DNA from: Schmidtea polychroa
Lineage: Eukaryota
Direction of reading: 5' to 3'
Assembly (NCBI GenBank): GCA_044892525.1
Contig: CM097885.1
Location: forward strand, 236,098,001 to 236,162,000
Length of the DNA stretch: 64,000 bases
In this document: in pieces, positions 12,905 to 26,978 of the stretch
How the letters are laid out: each line of letters starts with the position of its first letter
Position numbering within the stretch: the stretch's first letter is position 1
Made by a program: the position numbers and the translations under genes
The notes under the pieces: model-generated
What the model was told of the DNA's origin: nothing
Database searches by the model: none
Seen by the model: only the letters and a program-made list of their open reading frames with translations

Positions 12905-14478
12905 CATCATCATTATTAGAAATTTCAATATTAAATAATTCCGCTTTACGAATTAGTTCAATGTTATTTTTTGATTTCCTTGAATGTTTGATAGCCATAA
13001 ATAAGATAAAATTACAAAAAATATTTAAATTGAAATAATTATCACATTTATTTACAATTGAATTGATTTTTTAAATATATTTTAACCTATTTAAATAACT
13101 ATTAAATCTTTAAAAGAATGCATCATCTGAAGAGCAGAAAAAAATTAATTTTATAGAGAAAAATTCCTATTTTTCCGGTTATGAAAATTTCAATTCACCA
13201 ATAAATTTGTCTATAAAGCAACTCGAGAGTTTTAGTTCGTAAAATATGAGATTTTTATTTCTTACTTTAAAGAAAACCCATAAATTATAGTTAATAGTTT
13301 AAATAAATTTTAATTTTGTTTGTATATAATAATAAAATAACTCTAATATAATTATATAAGACAATAAATGACATTTTTGTTTAAATTAATAAATAATAAA
13401 TTTTTATTGATTCATAATTTAATCAAAGAAAAAACAGTCAATAAGGCTTAGAATTTCTTTCGTCTTTTTTCATTGCAGCTAATTTGCAAGATGTCGTTTG
13501 AATTTCCCATTTCTCTGCGATCAAATCTAAGATTCCCGTGAACGCAAAATTCCTTAATTATTCTCAATTGAATTTTACATTTATGTAATGAACGTTTTCT
13601 AATCATTCTATTAAAGCAATTTCATTTTCTGAAAAAGGGAGAAAATCTTTTAAGGACAGGGGATTTGAGATTTTTCAAATTTGGTTTATATGAACATTCT
13701 GAACAATTGACAATAAAAGTATTCTCATAATTAATTGGTCTTAAATCTTTAATAAGTAAAAAAAATAATATTTTGATTTAAATGGATTTGTTTTGTTAGG
13801 GTTATTTACGTTGGTGTAAAACAAAGTCCAAATGCAAGAAAATCTGTAAAAATAGTAAAAAAGAACTTAGCAAAATTCAAATATAATAACCAAAGTGAAA
13901 AACATTAATTAAAAATTGAAAATTAATATTTTTCAGAGAAACTGATATAAGCGGAAGACAAAGATTGAGACGAACAGAAACATAGTAATATAATATCGAT
14001 TTTGCGCCCATAGATATAGTTTTAATTTATTAATTTATTAAGTGTAAAAGAATAAATGAAATTATGAGAATCCTCCGAACTTAGTAAGCGAGAAGTCAGC
14101 TTATCAAGCAAAAATATTTTTTTAAAATTTAATACTGGCTTATGAAAGAATTTTTAATAAAATAATTTTATTTTTCTCATTTCATACATGGTCATCTCTG
14201 TAAAGCTTCTGACCAATGCTTACAATATGTCCGAGCATATCAAAAGGTTGATCTAAGTTTGTTTACACATTCTATCAAGAGTTACAGTATATAACAGTAT
14301 ATAAGTACTTACGTCTTTTTTTCATACTACGTCTTTGATATTTATTGAAGGTCTTCGTGAAATTTTTTCGCACTAGAACACTGCAGATTGAACACCATCT
14401 AGGCAGTAGCACGTGGTTTGTGTCATGTTGTTGAATATTTTCGCTGTTTTAAATTATAAAACGACTAATTCTCTTAAA

Positions 14479-15830
14479 ATGGAAAGATGGTTAAAAAAGA
14501 ATTCACGGGTCAACCTAACCCTAACCGTTCAATTTCAAGAAAAGGACAATTTTGGTTATAATATGAGATAAGAATTTTGAAGATATGGCGACTAAGAAAA
14601 TGATACTTCACGAAGTTCGAAATTGTCAAGATTTTTACTTGTAGCCTTGTGTTTATATCGAATATAGTCACGATGAACCTTATGGTGTCATTAGATGTTG
14701 TCTAATGGCTGTATAAAGTCATCATTTAAAACAAGTTATTAAAAAACCAAGCATCCCAAACAATGTTTGGAAAAATTTAATACTCAAATCAGTATTTAAA
14801 GAAAATTCATTATAATTAACGATAAATGTTTGGAAGGTCCTTCTGAAGTTTCATAATTAATTGTAAAAGACTAACGCCATAGGGGAAACACTTCTTCTAC
14901 CTGGCACAGTAAAAATGGTAGAAATAATTCACCGATAGAAATATGTTGATAAAGTAAAATGTATTCCCTTGTCAGCAAATACTATTGGAAGGCAATTGAA
15001 ATTGTTGCTATGAAGTAACTATTATTGGAAAAAATTTATAATTGTGGGATATACGGTTGGATAAAAGCACAGACTTTGCCAACTCGGCGCAGCTAATGGT
15101 ATTTATTAGATATTTTTTTAATAATGAATTGAAAGAAAACCTTTTTCTGCGAACTTCTCAAAAAGAGATATACTGGTGAAGACATATTCTCAAGTGTAAA
15201 TCATCTCTTTGTTAATATTATTATTATTTGGGACAACTGAGTAGGTGTAACTAATGATGAAGCAGGTGCTTTAATTGGAACAAAAAAGAATTCATGGAAA
15301 AATAATTGAAATAGCACCACATGTGAAATTCGTACACCGTATTATCCATAGGCGAGCTATTGCGGCAAATAAATTGGATCCGGAAATGCACAGTGTAATG
15401 AAATAGCAGTAGCCACAACAATACTCTCCTGAACCAAACAGAAATGCGTTGTCTATTCCTTTGAAAGTACTTAAAATAGTAGGACAACTAAAGATAAATT
15501 GCAAATTTTTCTTTTGGACAAAGGTAAGAATTCAAATTTGGTCAGTTTTTTAATAGCGAAGAGTGTCTTTTGATGGAATGCTACCTAACTGATAATTTTG
15601 AAAAGTAAACATTCTCGATTTGTTACTTCAAGGGTGTGACATTTTACCAGTAAGCAAGAAGGTAGCTGCGTTTCGAAAGGAAATCGTGATGTGGAGGGAG
15701 AATTTCGAAAAATAATGTTTAGAAATGTTTCCTTTACTGTGCGATTTTGCTTCTGAAAATGATGTAAATGTGGGAAGGCAAACTAAAAGTCTGATGTGTG
15801 CACTTTAGTGGATCAAGAACTCATTTGCTG
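14479..15830 (+). pseudogene. Heavily decayed hAT transposase (Buster/ZBED5/SCAND3-like)
   Basis: Fragments MERWLKK, LDKSTDFANSAQLMVFIRY, TGEDIF and APHVKFVHRIIHRRAIAANKL spread across frames. Confidence 0.8.
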
Positions 15831-15915
15831 AAAACTTAAAAACGGATCACCTTTCAATATTGATATTAGTGAAAGACTGCCAATTCGTGTATGATTATTC
15901 ACAAATACATATATA

Positions 15916-16180
15916 CAGCCCTGATCACAGACAACGGAGACGGGATCAATTCCCGGTACTCAGTTACCCAAAGGGGGCCCTGATGCCAATCCCTTGTTGA
16001 AAAGTATTTTTCAAAAAAACTGGTAACGCACATAAATAAACAAAACTTTATATTTCAATGTTTTTTAATAGAATTAAAAATATTGGTTTTATGTTCAATA
16101 TTAATTTTCTAGTCTTTTAAATACGAAAGGGAACTCGTTATGATTTTTTTCCAGGCCCCGAAATTCTTGTGACCTGCTTG
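15916..16180. mobile_element. Probable old hAT-type MITE
   Basis: Imperfect TIR (CAGCCCTGATCACAG / CTTGTGACCTGCTTG) and near-identical 8-bp flanks CATATATA/CATATTTA. Confidence 0.5.
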
Positions 16181-18448
16181 CATATTTACAAAGTCTTTGA
16201 ATCAAAAATATTATATATGAAAAAAGGTTACGATTGATGGGAACTATTTTAAACAAAATAATTGTACAAATAAACATAATAAACTAAGAAATTATTTAGT
16301 CAGTAGTATTTTTATAAAAATCTAATTTTCCATAAATTTTCTCCAATAACAAATTTCTTGATACTTACGAAAAGATTTTTTCATTTCTAAACTGAAATTT
16401 TATGTCAATTATATTTTAATTAAATTTTTAGTAATTGAAACAGACAATTTTTAGTTAATTTATATCTCATAAAACCTTAAATTTAAATAATTACTTTTTA
16501 CGGAAATTGCATAATTCTTTCACCGAGACAAAAATAAACAAATTTTTATCTGTTCTTTCTTTTTGTTTGAAATAAAATTCAATGATATTCTTGGTCAAAT
16601 TACAATTAAACTGATGATATTTGTTTTAATTTTGAATAAAATTTTATTTATATCTACAAAAAATAACACTTATTTAAAGGAATTTTAATTACTATCGTAA
16701 ATGTAGGAAAAACATAAAGTTGTCATTATAATTTTTAAATGCATTTGAAAGTTTTGAATTATTTTTTTATTGGGTTTTAATTAAACTTAAGTTGAATTTT
16801 TTTTATTATCACAAATCTTTAATATTCTTCATCATTGACATATATTATTTTTTATTTCTTTTCTCCTCTGTTTTGTACAACTCTTAACTAAAGAAAAAAA
16901 TTAACTTTTAATCAAAACAAAAGTAATAGTGAGATAATGGGCCTCTACAGCAATCCACCGAGTCATCCAGGATCTTGCAGAGCTCCTTTATATAGTTGAA
17001 ATAATCGCATTGATTAATGGTATTTCAACTCGATCGTCTCCATTTGACAAGCGTTGCCTTGCGGCCTTTTTTCTCTTTTCTCCTTCAAAATAAATAATTA
17101 ATTGTCCCACCGTACGTCCCTATTGCCGTAATCTTTCCCCCATTTTATCATTACTCATGTTGTCATGATAATGGCTTTTCAGAATACACTTTGTTTACTT
17201 TTTTTTCTGTTTACTTACTCAAGTTTTCCTTAATTATCCTTAATTTTCCTTAATTTTTGTACATTTTCTTCTATTCCGACCCTTTCTGAACATATTCTGA
17301 TGATTCCGTTCTTACCATGATCTTTCCCATAATCTCTTTTTCATCTGACCCGTTAATCAAATTTTAATTCGATGATTTCTTGGTTTCGAATTTTCAATAT
17401 TCCTTTTAATTATTTGGAAATTTTTAATTTAAGAACCCCACAACATTCGTTTTCTTTAATAATAATAATCTTTATCAATGTAGGTAGGAAAATAATCTTT
17501 CATTTTCACTATCAAATTGACTCTGAAAAATTAATATTATTATAAAATTATTATAAAATTATTATAAAATTATTATAAAATTTAAGAACCCCAACAAAAA
17601 GCTTAATACTATAGTGAGACCTAAAAAACCTGCACTATACTTTTACCAAAATATTGTATTGAAAACCAACCTAGAAATCCTGAGACCAAAAATCATTCTA
17701 GGTCTAGTTTGAATGCTTCACATTGGCAAAACCATAGTGGCCCTTTACACTCATCTCACATTGACCTAATGGCGGAGAGTGTAGTGGGGCACTAAAATAA
17801 AACTGACGAAGAAAATGAAATAAAAATTAACAAAATAGCCAGAAAACGTCAGAGAGAATTTTTCAGGATGATCATTTGACTTTTACTGTTGATGTGAATT
17901 TTAGTCTTAACCCTTATGAAGTGATCCATATCAATATTCATATTAAAATTATGTTTTATAGTAGTTAAAATAGAAAACGTTAAACTAAATCCGGCACTTA
18001 TAGTAATTCTACAAGATAATCATGCTAAGATTTAAAAGTTAAAATTTGCAAATTTCTAGCATATAAGCTTTAAATATGTTGTTGAATTGGAAATACTATG
18101 CAATGTATTATTTAAAAAATTTATATTTTAATTTTATAAAATATTTAAAATTTAAGTATTTTAAATAAAAATTTAATAAAATAAAAAAGACACAAACACA
18201 ATAGGTACCATACTATGTGAGGTACTCAATAGTCAACAGGTACCATAATTTTGCCGCGTTCCATCATTTTTAATTTCTTTCCTTAAATGAATCAAATTTA
18301 AATGAAATAAATTCATTCAATTTTTTTATAGTTTGTTTTATTATTAATATTTTTGATGTAAATCATACTTAAGTGATTTGATGCGATTGAATGGAATTGA
18401 AATTGAAATATATTATTCATATTTTTATTGAATTCTGCTTAATAAAAT

Positions 18449-18481
<33 letters not shown>

Positions 18482-19887
18482 TCTTATTTTAAAATCAAAA
18501 CCCAAAATATTTTATTGAAGAAATAAATAACAGTGAAATCCCGGTACTTGGGAGTCAAAAATGTCGGGAAAAGTAACACACTATATGTATTATTTGGTAT
18601 TATTAATTACTATTATTATAATATTATATGTATATTATTCTAGTAATAAAAAGAATTTTATGCTGCAATTATTACCTGCTGTACCATTGACTTTTTTTGA
18701 AATTAGTTACAATATTTTAAAATTTGCCTTCTCCCTTTTTATGTATTTTATTTTTTTAAATTGTATAATTAATATTTTCAACATGAAAATTGTGTTACTA
18801 TTAAAATATACACTTTCAAGTAGAAATTTACCATAAAATATCAGATAGAATTACTGAAAAAAAATAAATAAAATGTCGATGGGTTAAAATTTCACATACA
18901 AATCACTAAAATAGAATGTCAGATATAAATTACTACAAAAAATAAGATAAAATGAATAAGATAAAGTGTTAGGTATATTGACGCCATTTTGTGGGTCAAT
19001 TAGTACTTGAGTAGGCTTATACATGATAATATACGGTAAATGACTATCAACATTTATTTAAAATTTCAATTAAATAATATTTGATTCAACAAACATTTAT
19101 TAACTAGAATAAGAATATCAAAATTATTAGTTTCGAAATGCTTTAATTTTCATTCATTAGTTTAATTTTTTTTCGATTAATCCTTTCAGTTTTTTTTGTT
19201 TGAAATATCATTTCTCTGCCTCTCGGCTGACAGCTTTTCAGTGAGTCGACACAAAATTTTTATTTCATGTTAAATTTCGGTTTCATTTCGTCTTATAATA
19301 TAACTCGTATTTTGTTGTGTTTATCTGATCTCATGAGATTCAATTCTTTATATTTTTATTCCCACAACGAATTTGTTTTTACAATTTTTAAATATTTTTA
19401 ATTAGATTTTTCACAAAACGCGTCTTAAAAAAAATAATAAAAATAATAATAATAATAAAAGTAATAATAATAATAAAAGTAATAATAATAATAATAACCT
19501 AACTTGACCTCCAAAATACAAATTTTAATTTATATTATTTGTACGATGTATTTATATAAACTATTCATATTTATAGCATTTATATTTTATTATTTGAATG
19601 TTGTGGTATGTAGAAATTGAATGTTGAAATTGTTCGAAATATAATTTGGTTTTGAATTAATTCCCCAGAAATGAATTAAGAAAATACTTTGTTTAAATAA
19701 TATATAATTATTCACGTCTTTGAATTTGTTTATGTATAAAATTAAAACGAATCCTAACATTATTTATTTTTTTAAACTCGAAAAATTTATTCTAGTTTAG
19801 TCAATAATATAAAGTTTGCAAAGCATGGATCAAAAGGGAGTATGGTATAAGGGTAAACATCGTAAATTATGATCAAGTAATCCTTGC

Positions 19888-20032
<145 letters not shown>

Positions 20033-20213
20033 TATTATAAGAACTTTTATTTCTTCCAATTTCACCACTGATTATTTATTCCTTTGAATTTATTAAAAAG
20101 AGAGTTTGAAGACTATAAATCAGTAATATATCGATGTTTGTTGCTAATCACGAATTTTTGGCACTGCCTATTTCATGGGATTTATAGTCTTCAAACTTTC
20201 TTTTTAATAAATT

Positions 20214-20279
<66 letters not shown>

Positions 20280-20645
20280 AATTATTCACTTATCAAAATT
20301 AATTATTTAAAATTATTTTTTAATTACCAAATGATTAGTAAAATTAGTAAAATCTTCACCATTGACTATTTGACTTTGCAATATTTGAAAACTTTGAAAA
20401 AATAAAACTAAATATTTTGGTCGATAGTCCATATAAAAAAGAAATAATGATAAAAGTAATTAAATTTTAATTTCTTAATTTATTTAATTCAAATATTTTC
20501 AAAATAAATAAATAAATTTATCAAAATTCATCATTCACATCAATTAAATTAGATAACAATCAAAAAGTGTTTTTTTTCGGTAGAAATTTAACCAAAATAT
20601 ATTTTACAAACTGTTTGGTGATAAGATTTTTGACAATCATTGTAT

Positions 20646-21698
20646 TTATGATAAAAAGTTTTGTACCTCGAAATTTTCTTGCGGTTCAAAAACTCCAGTC
20701 GTTGTCTTGCAACGATTAAACGGTTTAAGAAAATCCTTTCGAAATTGCTCATTAGAGAATAAATAAATAAATACATTGGCCGTAGAGTCTAGATAAATTA
20801 GCATGTTTGTTATAAAAGAAAAATGTATATTAATTTCTTCTGGTAATAATTTTGTGGCGTGACAAAGTTTACTGAAGAATGACGGAGTTTCTAAGATAAT
20901 AAAAGCTACACATAGACAAATAACCAACTTGTCACTTGAACATATTCGTTGATTTTGAATTGACTTTTGAAATCGGTTCTTTCTTTGCTGGTTATGGAAT
21001 TTGATTTGCCGAATAACCAAACAACTGAATACACAAACAAGAAAAGATGGACCCCCGGATTGCATTGTAAAGAGAATGAAATTGATATACACATATTTAT
21101 AAAGAATGTAACCATTTAGGAAATCTATGGAATAAATACGGAATCCGTTCTTCCTACAATAAACATTGATTTCTTCCAGCATCCTTGGAAAGGTTAAAGA
21201 TAATGATAAAATAATAATGAGAAATTGAAACCCACGAATTGATTTCACTGTGAATAATTTCCATGGGGTCATTGCACGACAAATGCATTCGTATCGAAAC
21301 CCCGCCAGTAAAACGACATTCCAATTTCTCATTAACAACGAAGAAAACATACTCCAGTGCACCAGTCGAATAAAAGTATCCATAAAGCCTATTGTCACAA
21401 ATCTTTTAATTATTAAAAGTCTATCGAGTTCTAAGAATTCGAACCCGGAAAAAATCAGAACTGACAATTGAAATACGACTTCAGTAAAAGACAACCCTAA
21501 AAGCACATGGGACATCAATGTTGATGAAGATTGTTTTATTTGTTTTCTAAACAACAACATTGCTATCAAATTAAACACAACATTGATTGGGGCAAGGATG
21601 ATACAAAAATATTCATAAAAATGATTGATTCCTATTTCTTTCTGTAAGCTGTCATTAATTGAAGTGCAATTCTCTTCTGATTTAAACAAATAAATCAT
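20646..21698 (-). CDS. Intronless rhodopsin-like 7TM orphan GPCR, flatworm PROF1/Rho-L type
   Basis: Intact 350-aa ORF with 7 hydrophobic segments: TM1 VFNLIA, TM3 RNWNVVLLAGFRYECIC, TM6 FIILETP and TM7 DSTANVFIYLFSNEQFRK. Confidence 0.9.
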   Translation of the reverse strand: MIYLFKSEENCTSINDSLQKEIGINHFYEYFCIILAPINVVFNLIAMLLFRKQIKQSSSTLMSHVLLGLSFTEVVFQLSVLIFSGFEFLELDRLLIIKRFVTIGFMDTFIRLVHWSMFSSLLMRNWNVVLLAGFRYECICRAMTPWKLFTVKSIRGFQFLIIILSLSLTFPRMLEEINVYCRKNGFRIYSIDFLNGYILYKYVYINFILFTMQSGGPSFLVCVFSCLVIRQIKFHNQQRKNRFQKSIQNQRICSSDKLVICLCVAFIILETPSFFSKLCHATKLLPEEINIHFSFITNMLIYLDSTANVFIYLFSNEQFRKDFLKPFNRCKTTTGVFEPQENFEVQNFLS

Positions 21699-22258
21699 AA
21701 CAACGAAATGAATAAATTAAAACATAAAAGATTATTAAATATGGAGTGTAATAGAGAGAAAAATGCTTATTGCCATTGGCAGAATCTAGGCAAATGCAAT
21801 TTCTTGTTTTTTTGATGAAATGATATCTTTCAACAATGGAAAATAGAGTTAATTATTAATTTTATAATAAAATCATTTGGATTTTGGAAAATTAATTTGG
21901 TTTTCATTTCATTTTTAAATGTTTCAAAAATAAATATTAAATCAAAAAGAGTATTAAATTATGTTTACTTTCAAACAAAATATTATTTTATAAGAATAAA
22001 ATTGTTGATATTAACAAATTGGTTTTTCCTTTATTCACAACAAATACAATTCAATTTATGTAAATTTATTCAAATTTCTTTTTAAATTTGTTTATAATTA
22101 TAAATATATATTATTTAGCTGCTGAATTATACAGCCTGTTGAAATAATGTGGTACCGAATTCTAGATTTGTGTCGTACTGATTAAAACAAGCACGAACTT
22201 CTTTATTATGTGGGTCTGAAAATGTTGAAGTTAATAATAACAATAATAATTATAAATT

Positions 22259-22351
<93 letters not shown>

Positions 22352-22449
22352 GTAATAATAATAATATTAATAATAACACATGTAATAATACATGTAATTT
22401 ATTATTATTTAAATTATTAATCGTTTTAGAACTATTAAAATAAAATGTT

Positions 22450-22940
22450 AAAGCGTTAATGCTAATGAGGCACGACGATTATACGAAGAATGTTTCCCAA
22501 ATCTTATATGTCCAAGTAGGTGGATGATTAGCACAATTCATTACTGTTTAAGCGATACTTGGAAAAAACAAATGCTTGGAGAAAAACCTGAGAGAATGTA
22601 TATAAAGTCATCGCTCCGTTTGTGGCATTTTATAATAAAAAGGTTTGTATCCATACAAAATTCAATGAATTCAAGTACTTTTACGATGTGATTATAAAGC
22701 AAGGATTTCCTTTTGTCAATGGCTCATTAATTATATATATTATATATTATTAATTATATAAACATATATGGTCCGTGCATGATGATGCCCTGGTCATTTT
22801 TACAAAATTTAAAAGAATATATGAACAATAGTTTTAAAAGAAAATAGATAGGAGGAGTGGGACGTGTATTATTCGACTCATGGGGTTTGAATCAGATAGA
22901 CTTTTATCTGTAGGGACATTTAAACAATATGATGGACGTC
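22450..22940 (+). pseudogene. Highly decayed Tc1/mariner-like transposase
   Basis: Remnants NANEARRLYEECFPN, WSVHDDA and IDFYL*GHLNNM. Confidence 0.55.
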
Positions 22941-23386
22941 ACATAAGTTTATTCCTCCTTTCAGATGAAAGATTTTTCTCATTAACAACTTAATGTTAAT
23001 ATGAATTTCAAGTTTCTTTGTTTAATAGAGATTTTATCATATTATTTTGTGTCATCTTCCCAATCAGATGTAACAGATACCGTTCAAGAACTAAGAGTCC
23101 GAGTTCTAGTCATATTCTATTAAACAATTGAAAGATAAATTAAGATATAAATTAAGAATTACGAATAAATTAAGATAATATGTCTTAGAATTCACAAGAC
23201 CTTCTGAGGGCGAAGGAATTAATTAAAATTAATTAAATTATATTATGAAAATATGTATGAAAATTTAATTATAGTTCTGTTTGGAAATAAATAAATTATA
23301 GTTTGAATACTTCAGAAATAAAAATTGTTTTTGAAATTTGAAGCTTTATTGAAATTAATTAATATAAATTCAGAAACCAATATTTA

Positions 23387-23553
<167 letters not shown>

Positions 23554-25363
23554 ATTTAGTTTATAATAAACAAAAATTTTTTATTTCAATTTTACATATT
23601 ATTTTAACTCTTTCAATAATATTAAGTCACTGAAGCTATAATTATTATACAAATCTAATTTTTCTGTTATGAGAGAGTGCAATTAGATTTTTCAAAATAA
23701 TTTTTAAATGAAAAAACTTATTAATTTTATTATATTTTATTAAAATTTTGATATTAAATTAATTTAAATCGTAAGGCAATTTACAAATAATTCGCTTGCA
23801 GTAAATAAAATTAATTAATATTTAAAATATAAAAATAAAATTTTAATTAATTTTGGAAACATAAAAATGAAATTTTTTACATAATTTAAAATTGTTGTTT
23901 AAGAAAAAAATTTCAACTTCATAAAAATTTCTGTAAATACTGAACAATTATTATGCAATTCCATTAACATCAATTAAATGCTTTTTTGATTTCATTTTGC
24001 AATATCAAGTTTCATTATTAAATTAAAATTATATACTTTTTATTATTTATTTTAACTTTCTGAAAATCAACAATAAATATGAATTTATTATATTTACCAA
24101 TTTTCAGTCAACTTTCTTTTTTAATTTGTATTTCTTTAATAATTTTGATTGAAGACCTTTAATCAATTTTATACGACTGTATTCGTCTTACCATTTGCCA
24201 CCAGTTCAAATCAATTTCCCTCCGAAAATATAAGTTTTTAATTTTAAAATTTTTAATTAATATTTGCATTTTTAATTTATTTTTTATGTTTTGTGTTTAA
24301 TTTCAACTTTTTGCTTATCCTAACTTTTTCTATATAATCCGAACATAATTATTATCAATATTACAATTAATTATTTAAATTATTTGTCAATAGAATTTTG
24401 TTTAAACAATAGAAAAACAAACAATTTTGAATTTGAATAAATAAATGTTAATTAAATTATATATTCATTTATAAAGGAACATAGCAATGCGACCATTGAA
24501 AAATCAAAATTAAGGAACGCATGATCCGAATGATATTTGAAGGGTGATTTGGAAGTATTCATCCAGATTTTCAAAATGTATTTTAATATATTTGAATTAG
24601 AATAATCCAATTGAAGCTTAGTGGTGAAGTACGTTATAAGAAGAGATCTACTCCCAATTTGTGAAGTAATTTATAAAAAATTAAGAATTTTCAAAACAAT
24701 GGAGCGAAGTTTTTCTTTAATCAGAGTCGATTTATAATTATAAGAAAGACCTTCAATATTTTTTGTTAAAGTTGAGAGAATGGAAATATTGGTAAAAGAA
24801 TTAATACCAAACTTTTTATTTCATTGAATCAACAACAAAGATAGTAGAGAAAGGCAGTTTTTTGGTAGCCGAATAAATTTAATATTAATCAAGCAAATGA
24901 CAAGATAAACCATTGCTGCAAAATACTTATTAGTTATAAATTTCGATTATAAAATAATTTTAACCAATTCAATTAGCTAGAATTTTAAAAATACTTGCTT
25001 GTTTTCTTTAAAAAATCATTTTCTCTCCTTCATTGGATTCAAATTTGATCAAACAAAATAAAAATTAAAATTAAAACTTTATAAAATTATTTGAATTTTG
25101 ATTTTAATTTTATTTACACAATTTTGAGATTCTTCAGCATTCTAACAAAATTTTTATTGAACATCTTTTTGCAAAACAAAATTTTAATTAAGAAAAAAAT
25201 AATTTTATTTATAAGTTATTTAAATTAATTAAAAATTAACTATTATTATTATTAATTATTATTATAATTATTATTGTTTCGACCAGTCAGAGGGAGGTAT
25301 GACTTTTCCCTCTTATTAGCTGTATGAATTCGGCCTCGCGATTGTGATGGTTATTGTGTCAAG

Positions 25364-25530
25364 CACACAGACGCGGTCTGGGTCGTTTTTGTAATTTTTA
25401 TCGCGTCTGTGTGCGCGTTGTTATTAAAATTGTTACTGTGTGGGTATGCGAACACAGACGCGGACAATGTTCTTAAATGAATTTTTAGTATTGGAATTGT
25501 TTGTATTTGGGAATTGATTTATTTCGAAGG
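25364..25530. repeat. Alternating-orientation CACAGACGCG module, copy 1
   Basis: Motif at 25364(+), 25402(-) and 25453(+), then CGGACAAT and a T/G-rich tail ending ATTTCG; homologous to 33783-34086. Confidence 0.85.
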
Positions 25531-25996
25531 TTGGATAAAATGGGTTTGAATTTAACCCTTTCCAGTCCAGTGATTCCAAATGGAATCATTAGTTAAAAAC
25601 TCAGTTTTTTTCTCTCTACTACCAAAACGGTTGGCAGTAACTAGTGAGAACTATAGTAAGATATGTTTTTAACAGTTGGCACAGGGGGCAACAAAAAAAA
25701 TGAAGTAAAATATTTTTATGATAAAATAAGTAGTTTTGGTACCTACTTACTGCATATATTTTTTTTTGTTTTGAAAAAATTTGGGCTGGAAAGGGTTAAA
25801 GAGTTTCCCTATCTGGTCAGATTATATGAATTTCTTAAAATCAACTCAAGTCAATATACTGAAAAATAATTGCCACACGTCGAATCTATCATCGGGCTAT
25901 TGTTACTCCATTGCGTCGTATTGAGACAATTTGGAGAGATTATAATGCTTTGAAACTTCTATTAATAGTGTTATCGCTAAGAGAATTTTCGAAGAA
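25531..25996 (+). pseudogene. CSTF3: Fragment of CstF-77 / suppressor-of-forked HAT-repeat protein, split by a piggyBac MITE
   Basis: LDKMGLNL[MITE]KSFPIWSDYMNFLK..QYTE..ATRRIYHRAIVTPLRRIETIWRDYNA..ETSINSVIAKRIFEE resembles CstF-77 ALDKIGM..IWVDYINFLK..VRRVYQRG..IEQLWRDYNKYEEGIN. Frameshifts are present. Confidence 0.85.
25556..25795. mobile_element. piggyBac-type MITE
   Basis: TTAA on both sides; TIR CCCTTTCCAGTCCA / TGGGCTGGAAAGGG. Confidence 0.93.
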
Positions 25997-26978
25997 CCAG
26001 GAGCTTTGATTTCCAAAGATGGTCAAACTCGAGAGGATGTTTTGTTGATCTATGAACCTGAAAGTCATGGAAATTGATAAAAATAAAGACTTTCTCATTT
26101 CGACTTAATAGAATTATTATTATTATTATTAAAGCATTACTAAGCGTATCTATTTATACAAAGAAATGTAAAAAAATTAAAGACATCATACTTTATTCGA
26201 CAAAATATATTATGAAAGATTAGTGTTAATAGAAATTATTTTCTACATGAATAGTTAAGCTAAAGAATTTTAAAAAATGCAAAATTATTATTGAAAACAA
26301 AAATAAGCTGAAATAATAATAGTAAGAGATTCTCGAATTTTTGAATTTCTACTTATCATTAAGCAAGTTTGATTATTAAACAACTTTATATTCAATGCAT
26401 TTAAATTTTTTTAATATTTTACTACTACATAATTAATAATAATAATAAAAATAATATTATAATTAATTATAAAAATTAAAAAAATTAATAATAATAATTA
26501 TTACTCTTAAAGAGAAATTACAAATGTCAGATTTGATTTATTGCTTTTGACTTTGGAAATATTATAAAAAAATTAAATTAAAAAATTAAAAAATAATAAT
26601 TTAAAATAATGTAGAAAAATAGATAAAATATAATTTTATAAGATCATTAGGATTTAAAAATCAAAATGGAAACATTTTTTAAAATATTTAAATTGCGTAC
26701 ATAAAAAGTTATTGGAAACTATATTTTATAAATATTTTAAGATATTATTTATTTAAATATGTTTCTATCAGCTAGTTATAGAAGCTTTATAAATTTAAAA
26801 ATTTTTCTTAGTGAGTCATTTTGAATTTTAAAGGATATTTAAATAGAAAAACTTTTTTAATTTTAAATTCGCCAGAAAAAAAGCATATTATTCTTTTTTC
26901 ACCAATGAGAATTAAGAACAAGGAAATAAAAAAGAAAATCACTTGAAAATGCAGTGCCGAAAATTCGTGAGTATCAAT

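Noticed and set aside
14512..14527. Telomere-like CCTAACCCTAACC
   Set aside because: About two units only, inside a decayed hAT transposase.
16935..17360. Possible non-LTR retrotransposon 3' end on the minus strand
   Set aside because: Too degenerate; no convincing motif could be read.
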